Origin: Macrostomum lignano
Lineage: Eukaryota
Length of the DNA stretch: 64,000 bases
Direction of reading: 5' to 3'
Assembly (NCBI GenBank): GCA_002269645.1
Contig: NIVC01001811.1
Location: 1-64,000 of the forward strand
The notes under the pieces were generated by a model that was not told the DNA's origin, searched no databases, and worked only from the letters and a program-made list of their open reading frames with translations. Position 1 is the stretch's first letter; the number at the start of each line of letters is the position of its first letter. The position numbers and the translations under genes were made by a program. Below, piece by piece: positions 30,492 to 43,266 of this stretch.

Positions 30492-31619
30492 TTAAAAGTG
30501 AAAGTCTAAACTATCATCCGATGCCTGCCCAGAGATGGCACAGCCGCCGGTACAGCAGCAACTTTCCAGAATTTTCGAGAATTTCCGTCTCAGATAGTCC
30601 AAGCAGTTTCTGGCCCTCCGCTTGCAGAGCTGATTGCCGCACAGCACATAAGCGAACGGATCCAGGGCGCTATTAATGTGAACTAATAACTCCAGGTAGA
30701 AATTGCAGCGCCGATAGGCTGGCTCGCTAATCCGGATGAAGAGGCTCCAGTCTCCCAGGGCGGCTAGAACAGCTTGGGGAAGTCGGCATGCGATAAACAG
30801 CAGCACGAGAACCAGCAGAGTTCTCAGCGCTCTGCGATGCTGCCTGGCCAAACAGTCGCCTTTCACCTGGAGATGCATCTCGTCCGAGTTTCTCTGCCGA
30901 AGGTATCGACGATAATTAGCGTCGATAGAGTGACGCTGAAGTGAAGTCTGCTGCTGCTGCTGCTGCTGCTGCTGCACAGATAGCAGCGCCGACAGAGAAG
31001 TCTTCCGACAGTCAACCGGCACCCGACGCCCGCTAATCTTTATTCGCCGACTAACAATCAGATTGCAGGTGGCCAGGACGGTCAAGGCTAGGAGAAACTC
31101 CGACGCGATGTGCACTCGTTGAAGCAGATTCTGCAAATTGGAGCTGTTCCAGTCTGCTGGGAGCAGCAGCAGACTCGGAGTCTGGCCCGCCAGAGCCACC
31201 AGCCACAGCACCGCGCAGGTGAGCAGCGGCGTAATCCTTGAGCTGGCGATCTTCCGCTGGCGGGCCATCGGCCTGATGACCTGTTCGGCTCGATCAACCG
31301 TCACAGCGACCACCGCCCACACCGAGGCCGACTGTGCGCCCCTGACTGCCGCCTCTGTCCATCGGTGAGCACCCTCGGTCCACACGTACAGGTACCAGGT
31401 GCCGGGGGCGAGCAGAGCCAGGGTCAGGTCGGCCAGCGCCAAGTTGCTCAGGAAAATTTTTCGACGAGTGGACCGAGTTGACGATGTGCTGGTGGCCAGA
31501 GCCGCCAGGTTGGCCAGCGAGCCCACTAGAAAACTCAGCAGAGTCACGGATGCGAGAATTGAAGCTTCCACAGGTTGGACAGCGGAGCTTGTGAAGTTTG
31601 CCTCAGCGAAGTCTGGCAT
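30492..31619 (-). CDS. Orphan rhodopsin-family (class A) GPCR, single exon
   Basis: Probable start MPDFAEANFT (N-glycosylation site). TM1 GSLAN, TM2 FLSNLALADL, TM3 AVTVDRA, TM4 LW...P, TM6 FIACRLP, TM7 NSALDPFAY. Confidence 0.88.
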   Translation of the reverse strand: MPDFAEANFTSSAVQPVEASILASVTLLSFLVGSLANLAALATSTSSTRSTRRKIFLSNLALADLTLALLAPGTWYLYVWTEGAHRWTEAAVRGAQSASVWAVVAVTVDRAEQVIRPMARQRKIASSRITPLLTCAVLWLVALAGQTPSLLLLPADWNSSNLQNLLQRVHIASEFLLALTVLATCNLIVSRRIKISGRRVPVDCRKTSLSALLSVQQQQQQQQQTSLQRHSIDANYRRYLRQRNSDEMHLQVKGDCLARQHRRALRTLLVLVLLFIACRLPQAVLAALGDWSLFIRISEPAYRRCNFYLELLVHINSALDPFAYVLCGNQLCKRRARNCLDYLRRKFSKILESCCCTGGCAISGQASDDSLDFHF

Positions 31620-32014
31620 TCTGCCAATAGAGAATGATACACTCGCGCTGATAGTGAAGTGTCTTGGAAAAAGCAAGACAGAGAGAACTGCGCACTGCCC
31701 CAATGGGAGGCCTGCAGGTGGCTTTATATAGACTGAGGCAAATGGCTACCTCGGGATGAGGATAAGAAGGCTTAGAAGCCAATAGGAATCGCTTGCGGAT
31801 GGCGGATACGGGCGGCCAATGTACTGAATTATTAAGCGTCCTGCAACAGATATCCTTTATCTGTATGTTAGAGGCCAAGGCATTTCCAAGGTTATATCCT
31901 CTTGGGATGAGGTCATGACTAAACTGGGATTCCAAAGGCCAGACGGATGTCACGGGTTGTCGTGAGGCGATGTCGTGGATTGAAGATCAGATCGGGTTAG
32001 AAAATCACCAGGAT

Positions 32015-33182
32015 AGGGCACTGAAGTACAGAGGAAAGGGGCACTGAAGTGAAGAGAAAAAGGGGCACTGAAAAACAGAGCGAAGGGGCACTGAAGTACA
32101 GAGCGAAGGGGCACTGAAGTACAGAGGAAAGGGGCACTGAAGTACAGAGGAAAGGGGCACTGAAGTGAAGAGAAAAGGGGCACTGAAGTACAGAGGAAAG
32201 GGGCACGGAAGTGAAGAGAAAAAGGGGCACTGAAAAACAGAGGAAAGGGGCACTGAAAAACAGAGGAAAGGGGCACTGAAAAACAGAGGAAAGGGGCACT
32301 GAAGTACAGAGCGAAGGGGCACTGAAGTACAGAGGAAAGGGGCACTGAAGTACAAAGGAAAAAGGCACTGAAGTACAGAGGAAAGGGGCACTGAAAAACA
32401 GAGGAAAGGGGCACTGAAGTACAGAGGAAAGGGGCACTGAAGTACAGAGGAAAGGGGCACTGAAGTACAGAGGAAAGGGGCACTGAAGTACAGAGGAAAG
32501 GGGCACTGAAAAACAGAGCTAAGGGGCACAGAAGTACAGAGGAAAGGGGCACTGAAGTGAAGAGAAAAAGGGGCACTGAAAAACAGAGCGAAGGGGCACT
32601 GAAGTACAGAGCGAAGGGGCACTGAAGTACAGAGCGAAGGGGCACTGAAGTACAGAGGAAAGGGGCACTGAAGTACAGAGGAAAGGGGCACTGAAGTACA
32701 GAGGAAAGGGGCACTGAAGTGAAGAGAAAAAGGGGCACTGAAAAACAGAGGAAAGGGGCACTGAAAAACAGAGGAAAGGGGCACTGAAAAACAGAGGAAA
32801 GGGGCACTGAAGTACAGAGGAAAGGGGCACTGAAGTACAGAGGAAAGGGGCACTGAAGTACAGAGGAAAGGGGCACTGAAGTACAGAGGAAAGGGGCACT
32901 GAAAAACAGAGGAAAGGGGCACTGAAAAACAGAGGAAAGGGGCACTGAAGTACAGAGGAAAGGGGCACTGAAGTACAGAGGAAAGGGGCACTGAAGTACA
33001 GAGGAAAGGGGCACTGAAGTACAGAGGAAAGGGGCACTGAAAAACAAAGGAAAGGGGCACTGAAGTACAGAGCTAAGGGGCACTGAAGTACAGAGCGAAG
33101 GGGCACTGAAGTACAGAGCGAAGGGGCACTGAAGTACAGAGCGAAGGGGCACTGAAGTACAGAGGAAAGGGGCACTGAAGTA
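32015..33182. repeat. 23-bp minisatellite (GCACTGAAGTACAGAGGAAAGGG)n
   Basis: Direct tandem repeat. The ORFs across it are artefacts. Confidence 0.95.
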
Positions 33183-33549
33183 AAGGACGAATGTATTTTA
33201 CCTTGCACATAGCGGTTTATTTATTTGCTTTTCATTCATCTTTTTCCGTTGAGAAAATTTCCGTATAACCACCCAGAAATTTGAGCGCGCACACGTGGCT
33301 AAATATTGGAACAATTTCGCCACAATCATTGCCCCACAGCTGGTTATAAATGCTGCATTTCAGCAAGCATCGGGCGCATCCGTATTCCAGTTCATCGCTA
33401 GGCATCGCAGATGTCCCCATTGAACTTTCAGGGTAGAAATTACTGGCTCTCGCGGTAATCGGGTAATTCAGCTGTGCAATCAAGGAGCTTTCAATTGCGC
33501 AAATGGTGGATACAAGGGCATGGTTAAAAGAACGTAGTTCCAGTACCAG

Positions 33550-33900
33550 GAGGGAGAGAGAGGGAGATAGGAAGACGGGAAGAGGGTGAGAGGAGGACAG
33601 GGAGAGAATGAAAAGTGAGAGAGGGAGAGTGTGAGACAATGCGAGGGAGAGTGTGAGAGGGGGAGAGGGTGAGAGAGGGAGAGGGTGAGAGAGGGAGAGG
33701 GTGAGAGAGGGTGAGAGAGGGAGAGGGTGAGAGAGGGAGAGGGCGAGAGAGAGAGAGAGAGAGGGTGAGAGAGGGAGAGGGTGAGAGAGGGAGAGGGTGA
33801 GAGAGGGTGAGAGAGGGAGAGGGTGAGAGAGGGAGAGGGCGAGAGAGAGAGAGAGGGTGAGAGAGAGAGAGGGTGAGAGAGGGAGAGGGCGAGAGAGGAA
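33550..33900. repeat. GA-rich low-complexity repeat
   Basis: (GAGAGGGTGAGAGA)n. Confidence 0.85.
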
Positions 33901-34180
33901 GAGCCGTGCAGCCTGGAGCTGCTCAGACAATGGCAATAGCAGTCGCCTCTTCTGAATCTAGAAATATTTCGGAGAGCCTTAGCAAAAAAACGACACAGGC
34001 AGCTAATCAGTCAGATGAAGCGCAGCGGCTCGCAGTTCCCTGGTGGTCTTTTGATCTTTTTTGCTCAGCCGAAAGCTGCTTTGTTCTGCCTCTGCCAGTC
34101 TGCACCTGCCCTGCAAATCCTTCACTGCGGGAATTTTTTAACAGCGTCAGTTTTTTTCGCCGAAAAAGTAAAGCATTGCA

Positions 34181-34435
34181 TGCCACTGCTCACAGGGGGA
34201 ATTGCTGAGATGCCACTGCTCACAGGGGGAATTGCTGAGATGCCACTGCTCACAGGGGGAATTGCTGAGATGCCACTGCTCACAGGGGGAATTGCTGAGA
34301 TGCCACTGCTCACAGGGGGAATTGCTGAGATGCCACTGCTCACAGGGGGAATTGCTGAGATGCCACTGCTCACAGGGGGAATTGCTGAGATGCCACTGCT
34401 CACAGGGGGAATTGCTGAGATGCCACTGCTCACTC
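34181..34435. repeat. Perfect 30-bp tandem repeat (ATGCCACTGCTCACAGGGGGAATTGCTGAG)n
   Basis: About 8 identical copies. Confidence 0.95.
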
Positions 34436-34639
34436 AATGAAGTGCTCTCTCAATTTTGTTAAAAATGGGTAATGCAAAAAGCAAAATCAAATCTAGAAAT
34501 TATGCACAAACAAAGGTCAGCAATGGTTCTGTGGAATTGTCAATTGAACTGCAAGAATTTAGCCACAAATTAAAGTTATTCTGGCAGTAAATTGCAATGG
34601 CATCAGTGCCCGAGGTTCTGGCGGCACTCCCGCAAATAA

Positions 34640-35225
34640 TGGGATGGTACACTGTGGCTAATGGGATGGTACACTGTGGCTAATGGGATGGTACACAGTG
34701 GCTAATGGGATAGTACACAGCAGCTAATGGGATCGTACAACGTTGCTAATGGGATAGTACACAGCAGCTAATGGGATGGTACACAGTGGCTAATGGGATG
34801 GTACACAGTGGCTAATGGGATAGTACACAGTAGCTAATGGGATCGTACAACGTTGCTAATGGGATAGTACACAGCAGCTAATGGGATGGTACACAGTGGC
34901 TAATGGGATGGTACACAGTGGCTAATGGGATAGTACACAGCAGCTAATGGGAATAGTACACAGTGGCTAATGGGAATAGTACACAGTGGCTAATGGGAAT
35001 AGTACACAGTGGCTAATGGGATAGTACACAGTGGCTAATGAGAATAGTACAGAGCAGCTAATGGAGATGGTACACAGCAGCTATGGGAATAGTACACAGC
35101 AGCTAATGGGAATAGTACACAGCAGCTAATGGGATAGTACACAGCAGCTGATGGGATAGTACACAGCAGCTAATGGGAATAGTACACAGCAGCTAATGTG
35201 AATAGTACACAGCAGCTGATGGGAT
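34640..35225. repeat. 21-22-bp minisatellite (GCTAATGGGATAGTACACAGC)n
   Basis: Direct tandem repeat. Confidence 0.9.
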
Positions 35226-35734
35226 TCCAGTGCCGGATCAAGAGAAGCACCGCATGCTCTTATAATTTCTGATTGCCTGGACAAATGTAAAGGTTGCAGT
35301 GTCCGACAAAACTAATGCAAGATTTCCAAGGCCGTCATTTGCCTGTTCAGTCGAGCGAAAAATAATTTAAAAAAAGTCGATTAGCTTTCACACTTAATCC
35401 TTTCGTCGCTTCTGTCATGCATGAAGTTGAAGCAGCCCTCTAACATGAAAGTTTAACTGCCATCTCACCTCTTCTCAGTCTCTGGCCAGCTGAACACCTT
35501 TGTAATTATACTGTGAAAGTCCCCGAATTTGTCTATGGCGTAACCCCATTCAGCGGCTATGAGTTCTCCAGAACACACCTGCGCTGCCTACCAGCCTTTC
35601 TAAGAAAATGATCGAAGAATGTCTAAGAAAATAAAGTGCAGCCCCGGCGCGGTTGGCATTGGTTTTGACACAAGTTACATTTGTCTACAGTGCCAGTTTT
35701 AACATTGAATGACACTTTGACACGCTGCGTTGAC

Positions 35735-36215
35735 GCTTATTTGACACTGCCCGACTCTCACCTGACACTCACCTGACACTCACCTGACACTCATCGGACA
35801 CTGTCCGACATTCATCTGACACTGCCCGACACTCATATGACACTCATCTGACACTGCCCGGCCGACACTCATTTGACACTGCCCGACATTCATATGACAC
35901 TGCCCGACATTTATCTGACACTGCCCGACACTCATATGACACTGCCCGACACTCATATGACACTGTCCGACACTCACCTGACACTCATTTGACACTGCCC
36001 GACATTCATATGACACTGCCCGACACTCATCTGACACTGCCCGACACTCACCTGACACTCATTTGACACTGCCCGACATTCATATGACACTGCCCGACAC
36101 TCATCTGACACTGCCCGACACTCACCTGACACTCATTTGACACTCACCTGACACTTATCTGACACTGCCTGACATTCATCTGACACTGCCCGACACTCAT
36201 CTGACACTGATCTGA
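35735..36215. repeat. TGACACT-core minisatellite
   Basis: Repeated TGACACTGCCCGACACTCATA/C units. Confidence 0.9.
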
Positions 36216-36402
36216 GCAGCATACCAGGATCCTATAGTTGCCCATGAGCTACGCGAGAGGCAAAGCCAATTCCCATCTAACAAAATGCAGTTTTAAATAC
36301 AAGTACGATTCAGCTACTAAAAGTAGCGCAGAAAATATTTATATTTAGTCCAATTTTATTAACGCGCTTGCATTTTAGCTCAATCAAGTATAGAAATTCC
36401 AG

Positions 36403-36900
36403 TCATTTATCCAGTGACCTCAGCACCCGGTCCTGATTGAACACTCTCTCCTCGTGAATCAGCACCGGATCTTTCCTACGCCTGTGCGACTGAAGCGCTA
36501 CGTCGTCATCTGCTGGATCTCGTTCAGCCAATCTAGTCCTGGCGTGCTCCTGGGTTGCCATGGCAACCGACCGGCGATATAGATCCGGATGCACAGATCC
36601 GCAGGCAAGCATTGGCCAGGCTAGCGAGAGGCTGAGCTCCTTGTAGCCAATCTGTCGATCCGACATCAATCGATCGCGGTTAATCGTCTCCTCAACAGAC
36701 AGGTGCCGCAGGTGGGGCGCCAGCGAGTATTTGAGCTCCCTGGATTGCGCCTCATCAACTGGACAATGCTGGTACACTTTGGGCGGATTTCGAATCCGCA
36801 TTCGAGCCAGGTGTTGTTCACCAGACTCTGCTGCGCCGCTCGAGGGCTTCAGCTGCAGCTCGCAGCCTTCCAGAGAGACTCTCTGCTTGAAGCGACTCAT
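36403..36900 (-). CDS. Hypothetical 165-aa single-exon protein
   Basis: ATG-to-stop non-repetitive ORF with exon-like GC content in AT-rich flanks. Minus-strand AATAAA ~45 nt past the stop (36355-36360). No family recognised. Confidence 0.55.
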   Translation of the reverse strand: MSRFKQRVSLEGCELQLKPSSGAAESGEQHLARMRIRNPPKVYQHCPVDEAQSRELKYSLAPHLRHLSVEETINRDRLMSDRQIGYKELSLSLAWPMLACGSVHPDLYRRSVAMATQEHARTRLAERDPADDDVALQSHRRRKDPVLIHEERVFNQDRVLRSLDK

Positions 36901-37344
36901 TTCTAGTAGCTTCTTCTAGTAGCTGTGCAGCCAAGAAAAGTGAAAGCAACACAGAACTCGTTGCTGTTTGTGTTTTTTAACCAATTAATATTATACCTTG
37001 CCCAATGGGTCAGAGAGAGACAGAGACAAGAGACACATAATTAATTACGAGAAAAAATTATTTGCATAGCAACCGCATAGCAACGCCTCACTAGCGCCTT
37101 GGTTGGAGACAAGAATTAAATGCAAGGAGAGAAGTGAAGGCACTGCACAGGCCAAGCACTGACAGGAAGAACTGAAGAGATTTTCGTATTTTTATAGCAA
37201 AGGCTTTCTTTATCCATTAAAAGCAATTTACCTACAGCGTAGCTGAGGCACCTAAACCGGCAATGTACAAACTACTTATTGGAAAATACTTTGCTCTCTA
37301 GCAAATCTAACAGTACCGACCCGAATCGAAGTGTCGGTATCTAA

Positions 37345-37765
37345 CATCCCAAAAATCTAACACACACTATATCTAACACCTACTGCCTGATAACCTCTGT
37401 ATCAAACACTCACTGTCTAGCACGCCCTATATATAACACCCCCTATATCTAACAATCCCTATATATAACACCCCTATATCTAACAATCCCTATATCTAAC
37501 GCCCCCATATCTAACACCCCCTATATATAACACCCCCTATATCTAACAACCCCTATATCTAACACAATGTCTAACAACCCCTATATCTAAAACCTCTTAA
37601 GTCTAAAACCCCATATATCGAACGCCCTCATATCTAACACCCCCTATATATAACACCCCCTATATCTAACAACCCCTATATCTAACACAATGTCTAACAA
37701 CCCCTATATCTAACACCCCTTACATCTAAAACCCCATATATCTAACACCCCCTATATCTAACACT
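37345..37765. repeat. ~22-bp minisatellite (TATATCTAACACCCCC)n
   Basis: Degenerate tandem repeat. Confidence 0.85.
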
Positions 37766-38367
37766 AGTGACCCAGAGTTTTGAAAACGAAAATTAAAATA
37801 AATTGAACGACTCATAACAAATAAATTACATTAGTATACATGGCAGTAGAAATAATACATCAGAGGAACTTACATACTAATAATAATAAACATTATTCAA
37901 CAAATTTATTTCGTATTCGTTTTAATAAAAAATGCTGCAAATAAAAACAAAGAAATATGTTGGTCAACTGACACAGAGATAAAATGAATTGGATTTCAGA
38001 ATTTCAACAAAAAAACACAATAAACATGTGTTAGCTGCCCGCATGCACAAACGATCAGGGTGCAAATTCAATTCGATATAAAACTGGGAAGTAAAACCAC
38101 AAACTCATTAATATCATTATAAACAACAATTAAAGAGCTGTTTCGCTGCCACAAAATATTAAAATAAGTTCACAAAAAAAACAATTCAGCATCTTTACAT
38201 GTATGTAATGCCCAAGTTAATAAATAGCAAGGTGAATTCTAATAAAAGTATCAGGTACAAATACAATAGCTATAGACATAATTAATACTTTGTAAGTTTA
38301 AATAGATCATCTACAGCAGATGGACTAGATTGAAAGCTGTTTTCTAAATCTTGCTTAATTCCAGAGA

Positions 38368-39812
38368 AGAGGTCAACTGACCCCCGGCCTTTCTCAGTTG
38401 GGGACGGAGGTCAACTGACCCCCAGCTTATCAGTTAAGGAGGGGAGGTCAACTGACCCCCAGCTTATCAGTTGAGGAGGGGAGGTCAACAGACCCCAGCC
38501 TTTCAGTTGGAGGGAGGTCAACTGACCTCCAGTCGATCAGTTAGGAAAGGGAGGTCAACTGACCCCTAGTCTATAAGTTAGTGGAGGTCAACTGACCCTC
38601 AGCCTTTCTCAGTTGGGGAGGGAGGTCAACTGACCCCAGCCTATCAGTTGGGGAGGGAGGTCAACTGACCCCCAGCCTATCAGTTGAGGACGGGAGGTCA
38701 ACTGACCCCAGCCTATCAGTTGGAGGGAGGTCAACTTACCCCCAGTCTATCAGTTAGGAAAGGGAGGTCAACTGACCCCTAGTCTATAAGTTAGTGGAAG
38801 TCAACTGACCCTCAGCCTTTCTCAGTTGGGGAGGGAGGTCAACTGACCCTCAGCCTATCAGTTGAGGAGGGGAGGCCAACTGACCCCAGCCTATCAGTTG
38901 GAGGGAGGTCAACTGACCTCCAGTCTATCAGTTAGGAAAGGGAGGTCAACTGACCCCTAGTCTATAAGTTAGTGGAAGTCAACTGACCCTCAGCCTTTCT
39001 CAGTTAGGGAGGGAGGTCAACTGACCCTCAGCCTATCAGTTGAGGAGGGGAGGTCAACTGACCCCAGCCTTTCAGTTGGAGGGAGGTCAACTGACCTCCA
39101 GTCGATCAGTTAGGAAAGGGAGGTCAACTGACCCCTAGTCTATAAGTTAGTGGAGGTCAACTGACCCTCAGCCTTTCTCAGTTGGGGAGGGAGGTCAACT
39201 GACCCCTAGTCTATAAGTTAGTGGAGGTCAACTGACCCCCAGCCTATCAGTTGAGGAGGGGAGGCCAACTGACCCCAGCCTATCAGTTGGAGGGAGGTCA
39301 ACTGACCTCCAGTCTATCAGTTAGGAAAGGGAGGTCAACTGACCCCTAGTCTATAAGTTAGTGGAAGTCAACTGACCCTCAGCCTTTCTCAGTTGGGGAG
39401 GGAGGTCAACTGACCCTCAGCCTATCAGTTGAGGAGGGGAGGTCAACTGACCCCAGCCTTTCAGTTGGAGGGAGGTCAACTGACCTCCAGTCGATCAGTT
39501 AGGAAAGGGAGGTCAACTGACCCCTAGTCTATAAGTTAGTGGAATTCAACTGACCCTCAGCCTTTCTCAGTTGGGGAGGGAGGTCAACTGACCCCCAGCC
39601 TATCAGTTGAGGAGGGGAGGTCAACTGACCCCAGCCTATCAGTTGGAGGGAGGTCAACTTACCCCCAGTCTAGCGGTTAGGAAAGGGAGGTCAACTGACG
39701 TCCAGTCTATCAGTTAGAGAGAGGTAAACTTACCACCAGTCTATCAGTTAGGAAAGGGAGGTCAACTGACGTCCAGCCTATCAGTTGGAGGGAGGTCAAC
39801 TGACCCTCCCTC
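38368..39812. repeat. ~36-bp satellite with palindromic core GGAGGTCAACTGACCYC
   Basis: About 40 units with higher-order sub-blocks. Confidence 0.95.
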
Positions 39813-39843
39813 ACTAACGACCAACGTCCCACGGATCAGCGAG

Positions 39844-40264
39844 TCAGTAAGGCGGGGACTCCATAGCCGGCACGATCATCAGTCCGCCCAGCTCCGCCTC
39901 GTCCTCTCCGCCAGCCTTGCCGCCGTCCGGTCCGAAATCCTCTTCGAACTCGCCGCCCACCCCATCGTCCGCCGGCGCCTCGCCTTCGACGCCCCGGTCC
40001 TCCTCGAAGTCGTAATCTGCCGCACCTTCTTCGTCGATGTTGTCGTCGTCGTCATCGTAGTCTTCGGCGAACTCCGACGATTGCTGCGAAGTCGACACCG
40101 ATTGCTGCCGGGTCGGGCGGCCTCGGCGACCGCCGCTGCGCAGCTGCCTGGGGCTGGGGGGACCGCCGTCTGAGCGCTTCTTGAGCTGGGCTCGCTGGTT
40201 CTGGAACCAGACTTGGACTACTCTGACCTGCGGGTGGTTATTCGGGCATTAGCCTGCGGCAGCT

Positions 40265-40304
<40 letters not shown>

Positions 40305-40332
40305 GTCAGACAGACAGACAGACACACAGACT

Positions 40333-40364
<32 letters not shown>

Positions 40365-40381
40365 GGCAGTCAGACAGACAA

Positions 40382-40435
<54 letters not shown>

Positions 40436-41898
40436 CACACAGACAGGCAGCTCACCGCCAGCCCGGCCTCATTAGCCAGAGCCTCGCAGACCCGCCTGGC
40501 AGGCCGCGGATTCTGCTCAAAGGCCAGCCGGAAGCGCCGCCGCTGCCCGGAGGTCAGGACAGTTCGGGCCCGTCTCCGACCGCAGGAGTCGTCAACGGCG
40601 GCCCCGGCAGAAGCGGGCCCAGCCGCAGTGCCGCGCACCGGAGTCAGCTGACGCTCGTCCGGACAGAAGTTCACCACTGAGGATGAGGAGCCGCCGCTGC
40701 AGTCTCCGCCAGCGCTGCCGCCGCCTCCGCCGATGACTGACGCGGCGTCGCACATGCAGACGGGCCGGCCGTCTGAGGGTCGCACAGCGAACTGATCGCC
40801 TTTGCGCAGTTGGGCGCCGCAGGCAGCGCAGACGAAGCAGGCCAAATGATAGGCGTAGCTGTGCGCCCACATGGCCAAGTCTTGGGTAGCGATTGGCTGG
40901 CCGCAAGATTGGCAGCGAATACCGTGGCGCCTGCGGTTGATTACGAATGCGTGTTTTTCACAATTTTATTTAGCTTTAAATATATTAATGATTGGCATGC
41001 GCTACTTCACCTACTAGTAGTAGCAAAACAAGGAAAACGTGTAAGAGTTTTTATAATTTAAGGAGACGATAACATGGATGATGCCAAGCTGTAAATATAA
41101 GTGTTGTAGTGCGTTATTGCGAGTATTAAAGTGCCAGGTCTAGGTGTCATAAAGGCGCTAAATGTAGATTTTAAATGGCGCCAAATATAGAGATGTCGGA
41201 TGGTGTCAATTACGAGTCAGAAGGCGCAAATATATAGAGATGTCAGATGACTCAGATGGCGCCAAATAAAAAGGTGTCAGAAGGCGCCAAATAAAGGTGT
41301 CAAATAATGCCAAATAAAAAAGGTGTCAGATGGCGCCAAATAAAGAGGTGTCAGATGGCGCCAAATATAGTAGGTGTCAGATGACACCAAATAAAGAGGC
41401 GTTAAATGGTGCAAAATAAAAAGGTGTCGAATGGCGCCGAAAGGAGGTTTCAGATGGCGCAAAATAAAGGTATCAGATGGCGCCCAAAAATGGGTGTCAG
41501 TGTCAAATGGCGCCAAATAAAAAGGTGTCAGATGGCTCCAAATAAAAAGGTGTCAGATGGCGCCAAAATTGTCAGCAAAAGCGCTAAACCATATATACCA
41601 ATAATCAGTCTTGCCTGGCATAGTCGTGAGCACAATACAGTCGATTATCGCGCACAAAGCAGCCCTCAGTCAACTGGGAATTGCAGATGCAGCAGGTGGC
41701 GCACTGTTCGTGCCAGGCCAGAGATCTGATGCGCAATAAATATTTGTCAGCAATCCCTGTTTGACAGCCAAAGCAGGTTTCAAGAATTTCTGCCGCTGTT
41801 GAAGCAGTCTGCTGCTGCTGCTGGTGTTCACTCTCGTGGCTTATTGGATCTGCATCAATGATTGAAATAATGGTAGACACCATTGAGATAAAAAACAT
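39844..41898 (-). CDS. LMX1: LIM-homeobox transcription factor, Lmx1 class (2 LIM + homeodomain), 3 exons
   Basis: Exons 41615-41898 (start uncertain), 40456-40930, 39844-40227, phase-consistent. LIM1 [22 protein letters not shown]2 [36 protein letters not shown]...[25 protein letters not shown]. Confidence 0.88.
41170..41575. repeat. ~23-bp minisatellite (GGTGTCAGATGGCGCCAAATAAA)n in Lmx1 intron 1
   Basis: Degenerate tandem repeat. Matches the reverse complement of the 1150-1730 unit. Confidence 0.85.
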
Positions 41899-42600
41899 TG
41901 CCAAATTTAACAATCATACTTTATATAGCTAGTTGAATAGAATCAGAATATTGACAAAACGCCTTCATTTAAAAGGTTAAAAAAGCATCAATCATGATCA
42001 ATCACTAGATCTTGATCTAGTGATTGATTTTTGAAATTTTGACTTTTTTCTTAATTGAATCTTGATTTAAAAAAGTACCAAGAATCTGATATATATAAAA
42101 CAGTAAAATAAAGAGCCTTAGGTTGAATACCAATCTTTTGAATATAGCATAGATAACCCAAAAAATCAACAAAAAATCAACTCGTTATAGTGTCACCCAT
42201 ATCAAGGGATTTAGGATTTAGCCATATTTGAAAAAATAATGCACCCAAAAATTTCTATGCTTTTTACAAATTAAATGTTATGATTTTTACCAAAAGTGCA
42301 CAAAGTATACATTTATTATAATATATAAAATTTGTTTTTTTTAGAAAACTGCTTTTTTAGTTCTTAGCTGTCTAATCTGAATAAATATCTCGAAATCTTG
42401 ATCAAATCTCTTATTGTATCATATGTTTATCATATGTTTATCATATACATGTATCATATATATTGTATTGTTAAAATCAATCAATGACCCTATCATTGAA
42501 CAAATAAGGTATAAATTTTGCCTTCAGATATAACTAACTAGATCATAGTTAAAAGTACTATATAGTATAAAAAAATAGTTAATATACTAGTCTTTATTTT

Positions 42601-42853
42601 GGCAATGGCTACGGATCCGGCAGTGCCATTATAATATAGATGGAACATTATATTTTTCTTTCTTCAGGTGGCCGATATTGAGATTTTATTCTAGATTAAA
42701 ATTTAAGACAATATGATAAGATTCGGGACGAGATGCTTCTAATATTCAGACTTAAGATATGTTCTTAGCAGTCTTTATATGCTTCTATACAGCACTGCCG
42801 GATCCCTAGCTGTTAGAAAATGGGTTCCAGTGCCGGAACTCTAGCCATTACCC
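42601..42853. mobile_element. Possible MITE or transposon-end relic with inverted repeats
   Basis: GCTACGGATCCGGCAGTGC (42608-42626) is an 18/19 inverted match to 42792-42810. A third degenerate inverted copy lies at ~42825-42853. Confidence 0.4.
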
Positions 42854-43266
42854 TTTATTTTATTTACCATGAAAATTGATTTATTGAGTAAAAGAGAAAA
42901 TAATAATATTTTATATTAGTGCTTTGCTTGTTTATCTGAAAAGTGTCTAAAAGAATTATCTGAATTGAAAAGAAGTGTCTTTTGATACATATCCATATCT
43001 ACCTAACTACTATATAGCATATTTAGATAGTAGTTGTTGCACAAATAATTGTTGTCCCTATATTTTTCATAAAATTTAAAGAGTAGCCCTAGCAAGAAGT
43101 GTTCTATAGTTGATAATCAATAAAAAATTATTGGTAATGCCAACTAAAAAATCAAACTTACAACTTTACACATGTGACCCTAAGTATTAGGCTATGATAC
43201 CAGAAAAAACTTGTTAGCACTTGCTATTGCTAATATTGCTATTTGAATTGGTAGATATCAATTTCT

